Below, in pieces: positions 20,550-32,556 of a DNA stretch of 38,926 bases. A program made the position numbers and the translations under genes. This DNA comes from Octopus bimaculoides (lineage: Eukaryota): the NCBI RefSeq assembly GCF_001194135.2, contig NC_068992.1:41452354-41491279 (forward strand), in the 5' to 3' direction. Under the pieces are notes generated by a model. It was not told the origin of the DNA. It saw only the letters and a program-made list of their open reading frames with translations, and did no database searches. How positions within the stretch are numbered: the stretch's first letter is position 1; each line of letters opens with the position of its first letter.

Positions 20550-23500
20550 TTATATAAGAATTAGGTATATATGTTTATTATACCTTTATCACCTTAATCG
20601 CTACATTTCTAATAGGGAACCCTTGATTGCCTGGATCCCATCTCACATTTTTCAAGTTAGATTTTAGTCATTTTATGCGTTCTGATCATTAATCGTTTCA
20701 GATCTGTTGTACGCCATTTGTGGTATTCGTACACCTTATATAATATAAAATGTATAAGTTTAATATCTTAAATAGTCACCTGTATAGTGGTAAGTAAACT
20801 ATAATATGAATTATTGAACAGTATCAATATTATATATTTTTGTAATTAGTTTACGGTGTGCAATTAGTTTAATGATAGTTACTAAGGTTATGTATTATAG
20901 TGTAATTGTATATGATTTATCAATATTTATGAGTGTCAACGCAAATGAAATATATCTATGAAGAAGGTGGCTATCGGACTTGATATAAAGATACTCAATG
21001 GAAGTGATATTATTAAGAAAATTTGTACATGTAAGATTCTTATAAAAATTCTAAGATAGCAGCTTGATTTTAAAATTCTAATGTAAATGTCAGTTATCTA
21101 AATGGCGAGTTGATACAGGAATGATGGGCTTGTTTAAAATTAATATTTTTTAAAATGCAATGCCTTGAGATTGCTCACAAAAGCATCTTCGCATATATTA
21201 AATAAATATATATAATCGTTTATAACTGACGTATGTTAAAAGGTAATTGTATGAGGATGGCTTCAACTTATAAATATTTATAATAGAAATATAATCTTAC
21301 AAGCACTCAGCGATGTGCGGTGAGGGTGGTGCGATTGAATATGGTGTGAAAATTCAAACATAGCAAAAAGAAGAAAACAATACAAGAATAAGGAAAATAT
21401 ATATACTTGTATTATGGAAGAAGATTATTAAAGGATGTATAGCAAATGACAAGCTGATAGCTATTTCTATTAGTATTTAATGAAGATTTAGTGTTGATGC
21501 AACCCTTTGCCTGTCCTGTATATTGGAAGTGACACACGGGGCGTATTTCCCTGGTGTTCATGCATCATATAGGATACACATTCACATGGTTTTCCAACCT
21601 CCAGTGCGATATGGAACTTATTAGAGAAAATCTTTGTATTACTCAGAACATATGAAACCAAGGCTACTTAAAAGTCTGATGAAAAGCATGGACATTAAGA
21701 AAACAATCATGAACACACTTAGGAAATGCAGGGGGTTAACATTTAAATTCTTTTGTGTTTCATTAATTATGTTTTACTGAAGGCTGTGGATTTTACGAAT
21801 CTTTAAGGCGACAGAAAAATCCCGTGAGATATTTTATCCGGCTTTTAATATTCAGAATTCAAATATGTCGCAGTTGACACAGTAAGTTAACTTTTTGAGG
21901 TGAATAAAGTGAAGCACCCAGGGCAATCGAGGTTCGAGTGCATTGGAAAAAAAAACACCTCTTACAGTTGAAAGTATTTTTAATATAAGTACGTATCTTA
22001 GCAATCTGTGATTAATACATTCTAAAAAATTAATTGGTAATCTTAAGCTAAGGACACTAAGTAGTAATTCAATAATGGTTTAATTTTTATTAATTTATTA
22101 ATTTAACTAATTTAGATTTGGTAACATTAGTGCTTTCCTCAATGAGGCTGATGTATATTTGTTCACACTCTATGTAAACAAATATGTTGTGTACAAATAT
22201 TGATGACGTAATATGTAGCTATGGTGATTAGTAAGAAGTTTTGATTCGTCATCGTCTAGTAGATTTCAACACATTATCACATACACACACGCACAAATAG
22301 ATAATGTGAATATTACATATACGTAATTATGGTTTTAAAATTAAAAAAATTATAATAATAATAACAATTTACTATTTAACTAAAATTTCTAGATTGCAAC
22401 TGGGTGACTTATAATTAAATTTCTTAAGTGATTAAATCGTTTCATGACATTTCGATCTATCATAAGTGATAGTGTAATTTAGGAATAATGCTTTTTTCTG
22501 TAGCTTCTAGTTTAAAGTAATCGTATCGAAATATCGTTTAAGCTAATTAACGGATATTTTGCTTTTATTTCTTCAACACATTACACACGCATGCGCACAA
22601 ATGCATTACACAAGTTTGCCTTTATATACATATAAGTAACAGTTTTAAAAAATATATATTGGTTACTGAAACGAACATATCTGAGTCTATCAAGGGTCAA
22701 ACAACACATTGGAATGCAGCACATTTCTATCAAATTCTTCCCTTGATGAAATACCCAATTAACGATATTCGATATGGAAACTTAATTCAATTTAATTCCA
22801 CAAATTAATTCAAGTGGGCATGGAAACAGCTGTAGGTGAAATTGAGTTTGATATTATTCACAACTGTATTATGTTCTAATAAAGTGGTGTCCATATTTCA
22901 GTTTCTTCCATTTTTTTCTCATACATGAAAATTAATAAATAATAACATACCATGATCTATCACAGAAAACATCTTTGGTTTTCACTGATTCACTGGATAT
23001 AACCGGAAACTCGGATGCTGACACCCCTTTAGTTATATATATATATATNNNNNNNNNNNNNNNNNNNNNNNNNNNNNNNNNNNNNNNNNNNNNNNNNNNN
23101 NNNNNNNNNNNNNNNNNNNNNNNNNNNNNNNNNNNNNNNNNNNNNNNNNNNNNNNNNNNNNNNNNNNNNNNNNNNNNNNNNNNNNNNNNNNNNNNNNNNN
23201 NNNNNNNNNNNNNNNNNNNNNNNNNNNNNNNNNNNNNNNNNNNNNNNNNNNNNNNNNNNNNNNNNNNNNNNNNNNNNNNNNNNNNNNNNNNNNNNNNNNN
23301 NNNNNNNNNNNNNNNNNNNNNNNNNNNNNNNNNNNNNNNNNNNNNNNNNNNNNNNNNNNNNNNNNNNNNNNNNNNNNNNNNNNNNNNNNNNNNNNNNNNN
23401 NNNNNNNNNNNNNNNNNNNNNNNNNNNNNNNNNNNNNNNNNNNNNNNNNNNNNNNNNNNNNNNNNNNNNNNNNNNNNNNNNNNNNNNNNNNNNNNNNNNN

Positions 23501-23785
23501 NNNNNNNNNNNNNNNNNNNNNNNNNNNNNNNNNNNNNNNNNNNNNNNNNNNNNNNNNNNNNNNNNNNNNNNNNNNNNNNNNNNNNNNNNNNNNNNNNNNN
23601 NNNNNNNNNNNNNNNNNNNNNNNNNNNNNNNNNNNNNNNNNNNNNNNNNNNTATATACATAAACATATTTTCTTAGAGATAAAGATTAATAATTAATTAA
23701 CAATTAGTAATTTTACTAATTATGTTAAAAAACCATTATCGGTACATTTATATAGACATAATTAAAATTAGGGTTTTTATTACAT

Positions 23786-23840
23786 TTACACACACACACA
23801 CGCGCGCGCGCGCACGCACATACACACACACGCACGCACG

Positions 23841-23884
<44 letters not shown>
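23786..23884. repeat. Alternating purine-pyrimidine tract (CA)n/(CG)n
   Basis: Direct reading; includes a (CG)6 run. Confidence 0.9.
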
Positions 23885-23902
23885 TATACTTATATATATA
23901 TG

Positions 23903-24119
23903 TACACGAGGCGTTCTTGGCTCTAAGGGTTAAGGAATAAGGAAAAGGTGTGGTTGAAGGCCTACACTTCAGAGTTCTTTTACAGATCTTAGAAGAACTG
24001 CAGAAACACTGCAATAATTGTGTGAATCTGAGACAGGTATATGTTGGATAAAATTATAACTGATCGTTCTTTATGTTCTTTTACCCAAATCCAGGAACTT
24101 TTCACCATCCCCTCGTGTA
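23903..24119 (+). mobile_element. Mariner-derived MITE / deletion derivative
   Basis: TA-flanked termini TACACGAGG...CCTCGTGTA; right TIR continues CAGGAACTTTTCACCATCCCCTCG while the left TIR is partly deleted; interior encodes a mariner C-terminus remnant EELQKHCNNCVNLRQVYVG*. Confidence 0.75.
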
Positions 24120-24299
24120 TGTATGTATCTATGTATGTAGTTTTTACCCATTCCAGCCATTGAACTTTGGCCCCACTGGAGCACACCTTGTAGCGTAGGT
24201 GAAAGAAATACAATCGAGGACTTATTTGTAAGCCTGAAAATTACCTTATCATTCCCTATGAACCATCAAATTACTCGGGCATAAAAAAAAATATACATC

Positions 24300-24380
24300 A
24301 TTTTTCAAGCTGTGGTAGTCGTGGTGGTGCTGCAAAAGAAGCAGAAATAAACACACACCATAGACACCTATCCACATATC

Positions 24381-24425
<45 letters not shown>

Positions 24426-24622
24426 TTATAGATATACTTGCATGCATAATGTGTGTTTCTGTGCGTATTAAGTTACGGCTGCGCCCACACAATTTTCATT
24501 TTGCAAATTCTCACAGGAGTCTTTGGCCAACATAAGGCTATATTTGAAGACGCTTGCTTATGAACCAGAAACCGCGTAGTTGCGAATCGAACATCTTAAT
24601 CATATAACCATCCTGTGCCTAT
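24300..24622 (-). mobile_element. SINE group A-related variant
   Basis: TCTCACAGGAGTCTTTGGCCAACATAAGGCTATATTTGAAGACGCTTGC...CATATAACCATCCTGTGCCT matches the reverse-complement group A head; internal (CA)n. Confidence 0.6.
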
Positions 24623-24684
24623 ATCAGATAACTAAATAAACATACAACAAATGTAATGCTTTGTTTAAGTAATTCTCGAGGCTT

Positions 24685-24931
24685 AGGGCCCATAGGCACA
24701 CTTATCCGATTTCCATGTTGCATAAGTAACTGAGATACTAACAGTCTCCCTGAATGGGAATGCCATAGGGTCACTCCGACATAGGGTTACTCATTTAAAG
24801 GTGAGTGGATTGAAAGAACGTGAAATGAAATGTCTTGCTCAAGAACGCAACACTCCGCTTGGTCCAGGAATCGAAACTGCAATCTTGTGCTGGTGAGCGA
24901 AAGACGCCAACCACTAGGCCACACGCCTTCA
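24685..24931 (-). mobile_element. tRNA-derived SINE, group C variant
   Basis: GAGTGGATTGAAAGAACGTGAAATGAAATGTCTTGCTCAAGAAC...GGAATCGAAAC...AACCACTAGGCCACACGCCTTCA. Confidence 0.75.
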
Positions 24932-25399
24932 GCCATTATTTATGATCTCCTCATTATTATGTCTAAATTGTATGTGTGTCTCTTAATGTGGACAGTCTGT
25001 TTAATTGTTTAGCAAACAAAAGAGAATGACCTGAATTTTATAAAGCTAATCAATTTCATTCGTAGGCTAAGGTTAGTGAATGGAGCATACGTCAATAAAT
25101 GGTCATAAATCAATCGCTCAAACCCTATTGAACACCAACTATTATTCATTAATGATATTCATGTAGAGTTCAAGTTTATTAGCAATTGAAAAATTATCGA
25201 ATTCCTATTCTAATTATGTGAATAATAATCCTGTTGAATGGCACTTGGAATGTGATATTTATGTATGTCTGCTTTACACATTGGAAATGACGTAAAGACA
25301 GCCCCCGCATTACGGAAGATCTGCTTTGTGCTCGAAAATCGTGTCGCAACGTGAAATTCGTAACAACTATTCTTTTATTGATTTCAATATAATAAATCG

Positions 25400-25542
25400 A
25401 GATCAAATTCCGCCGTAGTTGACTTTGCCTTTCATCCTTTCGGGGTTGATAAATTAAGTACCAGTTGCGTACTGGGGTCGATCTAATCGACTGACCCTCT
25501 CATCAAAACTTTCGGTCCTTCTGCCTAGAGTAGAAGAGGATA
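25400..25542 (+). mobile_element. SINE group B, 5'-truncated
   Basis: CAAATTCCGCCGTAGTTGACTTTGCCTTTCATCCTTTCGGGGTTGATAAATTAAGTACCAGTTGCGTACTGGGGTCGATCTAATCGACT. Confidence 0.9.
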
Positions 25543-25914
25543 TAAAAAAATCGAGATGATTTCCGACTGAATTTTTAAAATATATAAATAAAAGTCGCAA
25601 TATAAACATGCTTATGCATGAAATTACAATTTTAAGTGCGCATGCACACATTATCACGCATATACGCATTCGCCCACGCATATTATTGGATGAGAAATAA
25701 AGAGAGAAATAAACAGAGGAATAAAAGAGTGGCATAATATTGTAGCAGGTCACGTGCTCAACACAAAAGACAATGAGAAACGAGGCTTAGTAACATTCTT
25801 TTGTCTTCTAGGACTCAGCCATTAGCATTTGCTTCATGTATGAAGAACTTGTGAACATTCTTTGGTGTTTGCATCGCATCATCTCTTTATGTAACTTATA
25901 GTAGGAACTGAGCT

Positions 25915-26013
25915 CATTACGAATTGGTAGAGTCGTTAGAGTATCGGAGAAAAATTTTGGTGTTATTTCTGTCAAGTTTTTGTCTTCGAATCCTGCCGAC
26001 GTCAAATTTGCAA
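25915..26013 (+). mobile_element. SINE group B, diverged 5' half
   Basis: TTGGTAGAGTCGTTAGAGTATCGG...TTCGAATCCTGCCGACGTCAAATTTGC. Confidence 0.55.
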
Positions 26014-26059
26014 TTAGAGTTTCCGGGGAAGGGTACTGTATGATGAACATCAGGAGCAT

Positions 26060-26230
26060 AACCGAGGTCAGTTGAAGTGCTGCATGGACAAATAAGGGAG
26101 CGAAGTGTTAGAAAGAATAAGTGATGAAAAATTGGTGAAGGGCGTCGATATGTGATGATATGAAGTTGGTGAACAATGAAAAAAGATGTAGGGAAATAGA
26201 TAAATTTCAAGACTTGAATTGGTACAAAAT
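26060..26230 (+). mobile_element. Possible highly decayed RTE LINE 3' fragment
   Basis: GSEVLERISDEKLVKGV resembles RTE GHV.RMSDERLVKRV; weak. Confidence 0.3.
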
Positions 26231-26772
26231 CACACATAGAACAAATGTTATTATATGAATGTTAAATAAAGTAAAGAAGCATGAAGCATCATGGCGTATA
26301 AAAGTGTAAAACATGTTATCTCACCAATTGTGATTGTGCCTTTAAAATTATCAAAATTTAATCAAGTTTCCACAAGGGAAATATAATCAACGTATTCTGA
26401 AATTCACTGTCATATTTTGCAATGTGCGTAAGAACAGAATTCTGTAACCAGAGTCTTCTTTCAAGCTTTGACCGATTCATTTTTATATAGGAATTGTAAT
26501 GTCTAGGACAGATGTGATTTGAGAAAACGGAGTAAAATACGGTTGCTATTGTTAGCATATTTAATGACCTAATGACCACATACAATCGTTCATTCAAGTT
26601 AGCTTGACATAAAACAATCGTCGTTGATTCTTCAAAGTTCAGCCCTGACTGAGTAAACCTGACGTCCCATTCATGATGAAAGCGTCTCTTCGTATATCTA
26701 GGTTTGGATGTGGCATTCATCCGTTTTGAAACAGAAGGTCGAGGCTTGTGTAAGATTGGATGCTGTTTCTAA

Positions 26773-27292
26773 CTGATCAAAAGGTAATGCAATTTTGTTT
26801 AGGACAGGTATAATTACCAACACAGGAACTTATATCACGTCAAAATGAAGCTGGTCCACTGTGGATCGCATCCCTACTTCTCAACATAGTCACCGTTTCT
26901 CTCAATAGCAATGTTCCACCTTCGAATGAGAGCATGTACCCGTGCCCATAAAATGCTGTTGACTGTTCTTTGAGCCATTTCTTCACTATAGTTTTCACTT
27001 CTTCGTCACTGGAATAGTGGTTGCCTCCCAGACCCTCTTTCATGGGGCCGAAGAGATGATAGTCTGAAGGCGCTAAATGATTCCAGTGACAAGGAAGTGA
27101 AAACTGTTGTGAAGAAATGGCTCAAAGAATAGCCAACAGAAATTTACAGGGCAGGGATAGATGCTCTCATTTGAAGGTGGAACATTGCTATTGAGAGAAA
27201 CGGTAACTATGTTGAGAAGTAGGGATGTGATCCACAGAGGACCAGCTTCATTTTGATGTATGATACATGTTCCTGTACTGGTAGTTATAACT
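26773..27292. mobile_element. Palindromic mariner (DD34D-type) derivative made of two inverted transposase 3' ends
   Basis: Arms 26806-27015 and 27080-27292 are reverse complements. Minus strand encodes APSDYHLFGPMKEGLGGNHYSSDEEVKTIVKKWLKEQ (Mos1-like SPDLAPSDY region); plus arm encodes RWNIAIERNGNYVEK*. A TIR-like GATCAAAAGGTAATGC lies at the left; the right arm runs into an N-gap. Confidence 0.85.
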
Positions 27293-29029
27293 NNNNNNNN
27301 NNNNNNNNNNNNNNNNNNNNNNNNNNNNNNNNNNNNNNNNNNNNNNNNNNNNNNNNNNNNNNNNNNNNNNNNNNNNNNNNNNNNNNNNNNNNNNNNNNNN
27401 NNNNNNNNNNNNNNNNNNNNNNNNNNNNNNNNNNNNNNNNNNNNNNNNNNNNNNNNNNNNNNNNNNNNNNNNNNNNNNNNNNNNNNNNNNNNNNNNNNNN
27501 NNNNNNNNNNNNNNNNNNNNNNNNNNNNNNNNNNNNNNNNNNNNNNNNNNNNNNNNNNNNNNNNNNNNNNNNNNNNNNNNNNNNNNNNNNNNNNNNNNAT
27601 ATATATATATGTTTGTATGTATGTATGTATATGTAAATATGTATGTATATATATATATGTATATATGTATGTACAAATACATAATTGTACTTGTGTTTGC
27701 ACGTGACTGTATACACAGACACACAACACACACATATGTAATTACATATTTATATTCATACATACATACATACATACATACATATGTGTGTGTTTGTGTG
27801 CGTGTGTGTGTAGGTGTGCTTTTTCGATTGTTTGTGTTTAAAACTTGGCCGAAGTGTGTGAATGACCTAGTGAATACCAGGATAATACAATGAAATATTA
27901 TATCACCAATAATACATGGAATTATTACTTATGCATCGCTGTAGAAGATTTGCCATATCTCTTCAGAAACGGAAAGCAATTCAATCTTACGGCAACAGTA
28001 AAAGTGTGCATGAAAAAAGTCTATAGACATGTGACTTGATAATTCTTCATTCTTGGGATTGATTTTGCTAAGGAGGAAGGCAATTATAATCTGAAAGGAT
28101 TGGCAGTTATTCTTTTCAGGTTCGGCTGAAAATTGGCAGAAATCCAGAGTTTTAAAATATTTTAGTCTAACACAGATTCTCGACCAGCTATCAAATGTTC
28201 TAGATTGGGAAGTGTAGCTTATAGATTCGCTATATTTCAGTATGATGAATGGCTATGTAAATTGATGGAGATAAAGACAAAATCTTCTGAACAATAGTTT
28301 TGCGAAAAACAAAGAAAAAAAAATTATTGTAGAGGAACAATCATTTGTACGAAACAAAAAATCGAGGCAAAATATCAAAAAGAAATAAAATATAAAGCAG
28401 ACGGCGAACAAACCGGAATCTATATTATATGGAAGTGATTGTAGATTAGGTTGAAATCTAAAATGTTTTATCTCGTATTTTAAGTTCAGAGGAAACTAAT
28501 AATATATTTTGTATCATGTTAATAATACCCACCGCCCCCTAAAAATATATCAAAAAGAATAAACAAACAAACAGAAAGATTAAGCATATAGTGTAGAAAC
28601 ACGGCTATTATAATCTCACTAACAATATTATATAATCAATAATTTTGATGGTTGTGTGAAACAAATACATAATCCAAATATATATCGATAATATTTAGCA
28701 AACCTGACATTGGTAGTCTACCGGATATTTTTAAACACTTTAAATATATATGATAACATAGCTCTAATTAAACAGAAAATATAATCAATCTTAATATATA
28801 ATGATATAAAATATCTGCTATAATTACATGAAAAAAATAAACCCCCATTAACTTGTGTACTTCAATAATAACAAAAGAATATAATAGAACCGAATATAGC
28901 ATAAAGTAGAATAACTGAAACATATTCTTAAGTCGAATATTCGTTAATATGATGTATGAGACTACATGTATAAGTTTGGTTGGTATGCCAAAATTATAAT
29001 TCAAATACATATTTATGTGGGTCTGTGTG

Positions 29030-29070
<41 letters not shown>

Positions 29071-29080
29071 NNNNNNNNNN

Positions 29081-29114
<34 letters not shown>

Positions 29115-29528
29115 GTAAATACACATACAGATATATACATACGTATATACGTATGTATGTATATGCATGTATGTGTATGCATGTATGTATACGTATACAT
29201 ATATCCATTAATGAAGAACAGTTGTAGATACACCGTATATACCATTCGTCTATTTCATTATATGTGTGTTCGTATGTGCGCGAACAGCTGGTATTTGAAG
29301 TGATATGTGTAACATAATAATAGGTAATCTTTTAATTTGGGAAATGCTCAAAAATAAATAATACTTGCAGGATTGCTTTAACCTAAACTAATATTTTATC
29401 CAAAGCTTAATCCACATCTAAATATATATTAGCAACAGAAGCAGTATTAATACACAAAGATTTCATATAATGTCTTGATATATCGCATTCATGTGTGCGA
29501 ATGGGACTGCCGGTTGTAAATTCTTCTT

Positions 29529-29532
<4 letters not shown>

Positions 29533-29577
<45 letters not shown>

Positions 29578-29610
29578 TATTATTATTATTATTATTATGA
29601 TTATAATTAT
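29533..29610. repeat. (CAT)n(TAT)n trinucleotide tract, probable LINE target/tail
   Basis: Direct reading. Confidence 0.9.
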
Positions 29611-29611
29611 A

Positions 29612-29825
29612 GAATGGGGTGAGCTAGCAGAATCGTTAGCACGCTGGACGAAATGCTTAGCACTATTTCTCTCGACGCTACTTCTGAGTTCAAATTCCGC
29701 CCAGGTCGATTTTGCCTTTCATCATTTCGGAGTTTATAGATTAAGAACCAGTTTAGTACTGGGGTCTATGTGATCGACTTTACCTCTCGCCATAAATTTC
29801 AGGCTTTGTGCCTATAATAGAATGG
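29612..29825 (+). mobile_element. SINE group B, full length, inserted at the R4/Dong 3' tail
   Basis: GAGCTAGCAGAATCGTTAGCACG head, core and GCTTTGTGCCTATAATAG tail; 10-nt direct repeat ATAGAATGGG at both ends (29609-29618, 29817-29826). Confidence 0.9.
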
Positions 29826-29827
29826 GT

Positions 29828-32115
29828 TATTTTTTTGTTTTTATCAAGGGTATTGCTGGAGCTCCTGGAGCCTTGTATGCATAGCTGGCTTGTTACCTTC
29901 AGCCAACGGTACCATGCTGTCCGTTCTTTTCACTTGTCTAATAGTTTCCTGATTATTCTGGCTGTGCCAAGGAGGCAAACCTTTTGTAACAGTTCTACTG
30001 GGCACTCTATTCCAATTTCCTTTATATTCCCCTTGATGCCTGCTGATACTGTCCCAAGAACACAACAATAATTGGCAGCATTTTCATCTTCTTCATTTCC
30101 CATAGCCGGGCTATTTCGTATTTAAGAGGTCAAAGGAGCATGCAAGATCAACTATATAGCATATATTGTCTACCACTACTAGGTCCTATAAGTTATGCTG
30201 TAGCACCTGATCTGATTGGATTGGGAAATCCCAGAAGATTATGCCATTTGTCCGACTCCGCCACTCTCTTTTTTCTGTGCTCAAATCACTCCTTGCCTCT
30301 CTTTAGCCCTCCACTTTTCGCACAGACTGGTGCATTTTCGTTACCTGATCCTGTCGCTACAATTTGCAGTGGCTTTGGGCAATTCTACGGTATTCATTTG
30401 TGACATGGGCAATGGTTTCATGCACTTTATTGCAGCTGTGCCACAGCGGAGACACTTGCTCATTTCTAAGATTGACCCTGTAGTTAGTGTCCAAAGCTTG
30501 GTCTTGAGCTGTCAGTATAGTGCTCTTAGTCTCTTTTTTTAGTGTTTCGTTTACCAGCCAATCCCACCTATTTTTTCCAGCAGCTTCTGTCGTGGCTTCA
30601 TGGAATTGATTGTGTAGTTCCTTCTTGCGTAATTTTTCTTCATGTCCTTTTTGTACTTCTTCCTTTGTTTTCCATTTTGCCTCTGCTCTCAATATTCTCT
30701 CGTTCCTAACTGTGACTAGCAAGATTTCCTTACTTTGGGCTAGGTGTCTCATTAAGTCCTTGAGTTCGATACACCCGCAGTCTTCCACACTTATCAGTCC
30801 TCTTCTTCCATTTGCTCGCTTCATGTATAAGCAATCAGTGTCTGCACGTGGATGATGGACTCCATGCATCGTTAGGAGCTTTCTTGATTGCTTGTCCATC
30901 TCCATTAGCGCCTCCTCTGTCCACCTCAGAATTCTAGCTCCATACCGAACTACTGCGACTGTGCAGAGTTTATTGCCGAAATTATGTTTCTGGCATTCAG
31001 CTTTGAAACCAATATTTTTCTCACTCACCGCTGGTACTCTCTTTTGGACTCGTCCTACTTGTCGTGCTGTTTGCTTCCATCTGCTTCAAGTATTTCCACG
31101 GATTGAGGATGATTTTCCTTCATCACTCAAACATTTGGCAACTACATGCCTTCTGTCCTGACAAACTTTCCTGGTCTCATCACCATCGTAGCACATTTTG
31201 AGAGTCCAAATTCCATCTTAATATCATTGGAGAAAATCCACACAGACTGGACTAGGCTGTCCAGTTCTATTTCAGCTTTGTGAATAGTTTCAGGTCGCCC
31301 ATGAATAGCAAGTATTTCAGTTTTCCCTTACCTCTTCCCAGATCATATCCCAACTTTGTGTTCTGTAGTATTTCACTCGAAGGGATCATTCCCAGCACGA
31401 AGATCAGCGGGGATGCACTGAATCCCTGGAAGATTCCTCACTTGATTTTCCCCTTTCCTAATACTTGATTCCCTGCTGTCAAATCCGTTCTTCAGCACTT
31501 CATGATATTCCACACGAGGCTTCTCACATTTTCTACTACTCCATAAATTTCCATTGTTCTTATTATCCAGGGGTGTGGATCATATCGTATGCTTTACAAT
31601 AGTCAACCCATGCCATGCTCAGGTTTGTATGTTTTCTCTTACAGTTCCTGACAATTAGATTATCAATTAAGAGCTGATTCTTCGTTCCCGGCTCCTATTT
31701 CGGCACCCTTTCTGTTCAACAGTATCTATACAGTTCACCGGCCAAATCAACTGGCATCAGTTTCCACAGCGGAAGACACGTTATTGGTCTAATGTTGGAT
31801 AGAGTATGTTCCTTTTCAGGATCCTTGGCACATAACAATATCTTTCCTTTTGTCATATAGTGGGGTGCTGCGTCTTTCTGCAAGCACTCATCTAGTTGTT
31901 GCGCTAGCCTTTCATGGAGCCCTCTCAGCTTCTTCATCCAATAACCTTGGATACCATCTGGTCCTGGGCTCTTCCAATTTGGGAATTTTCGTGCCTGCTT
32001 TTTTATCATATCTGTAGTTATTTTTGTCTTCTTAGCATTCTATATTTCTTAACCTGTCTTGGATTTCATGTAGCCACTCTGTTTCATCATTGTTCTACAG
32101 GTTGGTCCCAGATCT

Positions 32116-32118
<3 letters not shown>
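29828..32118 (-). mobile_element. R4/Dong-clade (RLE endonuclease) non-LTR retrotransposon, 5'-truncated and decayed
   Basis: NWKSPGPDGIQGYW, RPITCLP, AWVDYCKAYDMIPH, GIFQG..SPLIF, LLFMGDLKL (YxDD decayed), HPRADTDCLY..R..G.RGL, degenerate CCHC (HSCNKVHETIAHV), WDFPIQSD...DLVVVD..CYIVDLAC (RLE region), LLQKVCLLGTARIIRK. Multiple stops and frameshifts. Confidence 0.9.

Positions 32119-32177
<59 letters not shown>
32119..32177. repeat. (TAT)n / (TAA)n tract between two R4/Dong elements
   Basis: Direct reading. Confidence 0.95.
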
Positions 32178-32180
<3 letters not shown>

Positions 32181-32556
32181 TATCATTATTTTAATTCAGT
32201 AGTTTTATTTTTATAGTGTGCTTTCTCTTCACTACTGAGCGCAGCTCTGTGTGCCTTGGGTATGTGCTGTAGTTTGCTGTGATGCTCTTATGGTTACTGT
32301 ATTGAAAGTGTTTTGCGTAGGATGTGCAGTGCCCGGTAGTGCAATTTTCTGTATGTTATATATATTTGTAAGTACCGGTGTTTTTGTTATGTATTTGTCT
32401 GAATATTTTTTATCATACCTAAGGCGCCTACTATGATAGGAAATGTTTCTGTTTTTAGATTCCACATTCGAGTTACCTCTGTTTCCAGGTCTTTGTATTT
32501 TGAATGTTTCTCCATTTCTTTTAGAGAAACGTTGTCATCTGCTGATATTGATACAT
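32178..32556 (-). mobile_element. Second R4/Dong-clade family, 3' end (remainder in N-gap)
   Basis: KEMEKHSKYKDLETEVTRMWNLKTETFPIIVGALGMIK...IQKIALPGTAH; 3' UTR ends AAAATAAAACTACTG then (TAA)n. Nucleotide sequence differs from the neighbouring element. Confidence 0.85.

Noticed and set aside
28190-28300. RLGSVAYRF resembling the Ty3/Gypsy integrase GPY...VAYRL motif
   Set aside because: Single short match; no GPY/F, integrase core or LTR nearby.
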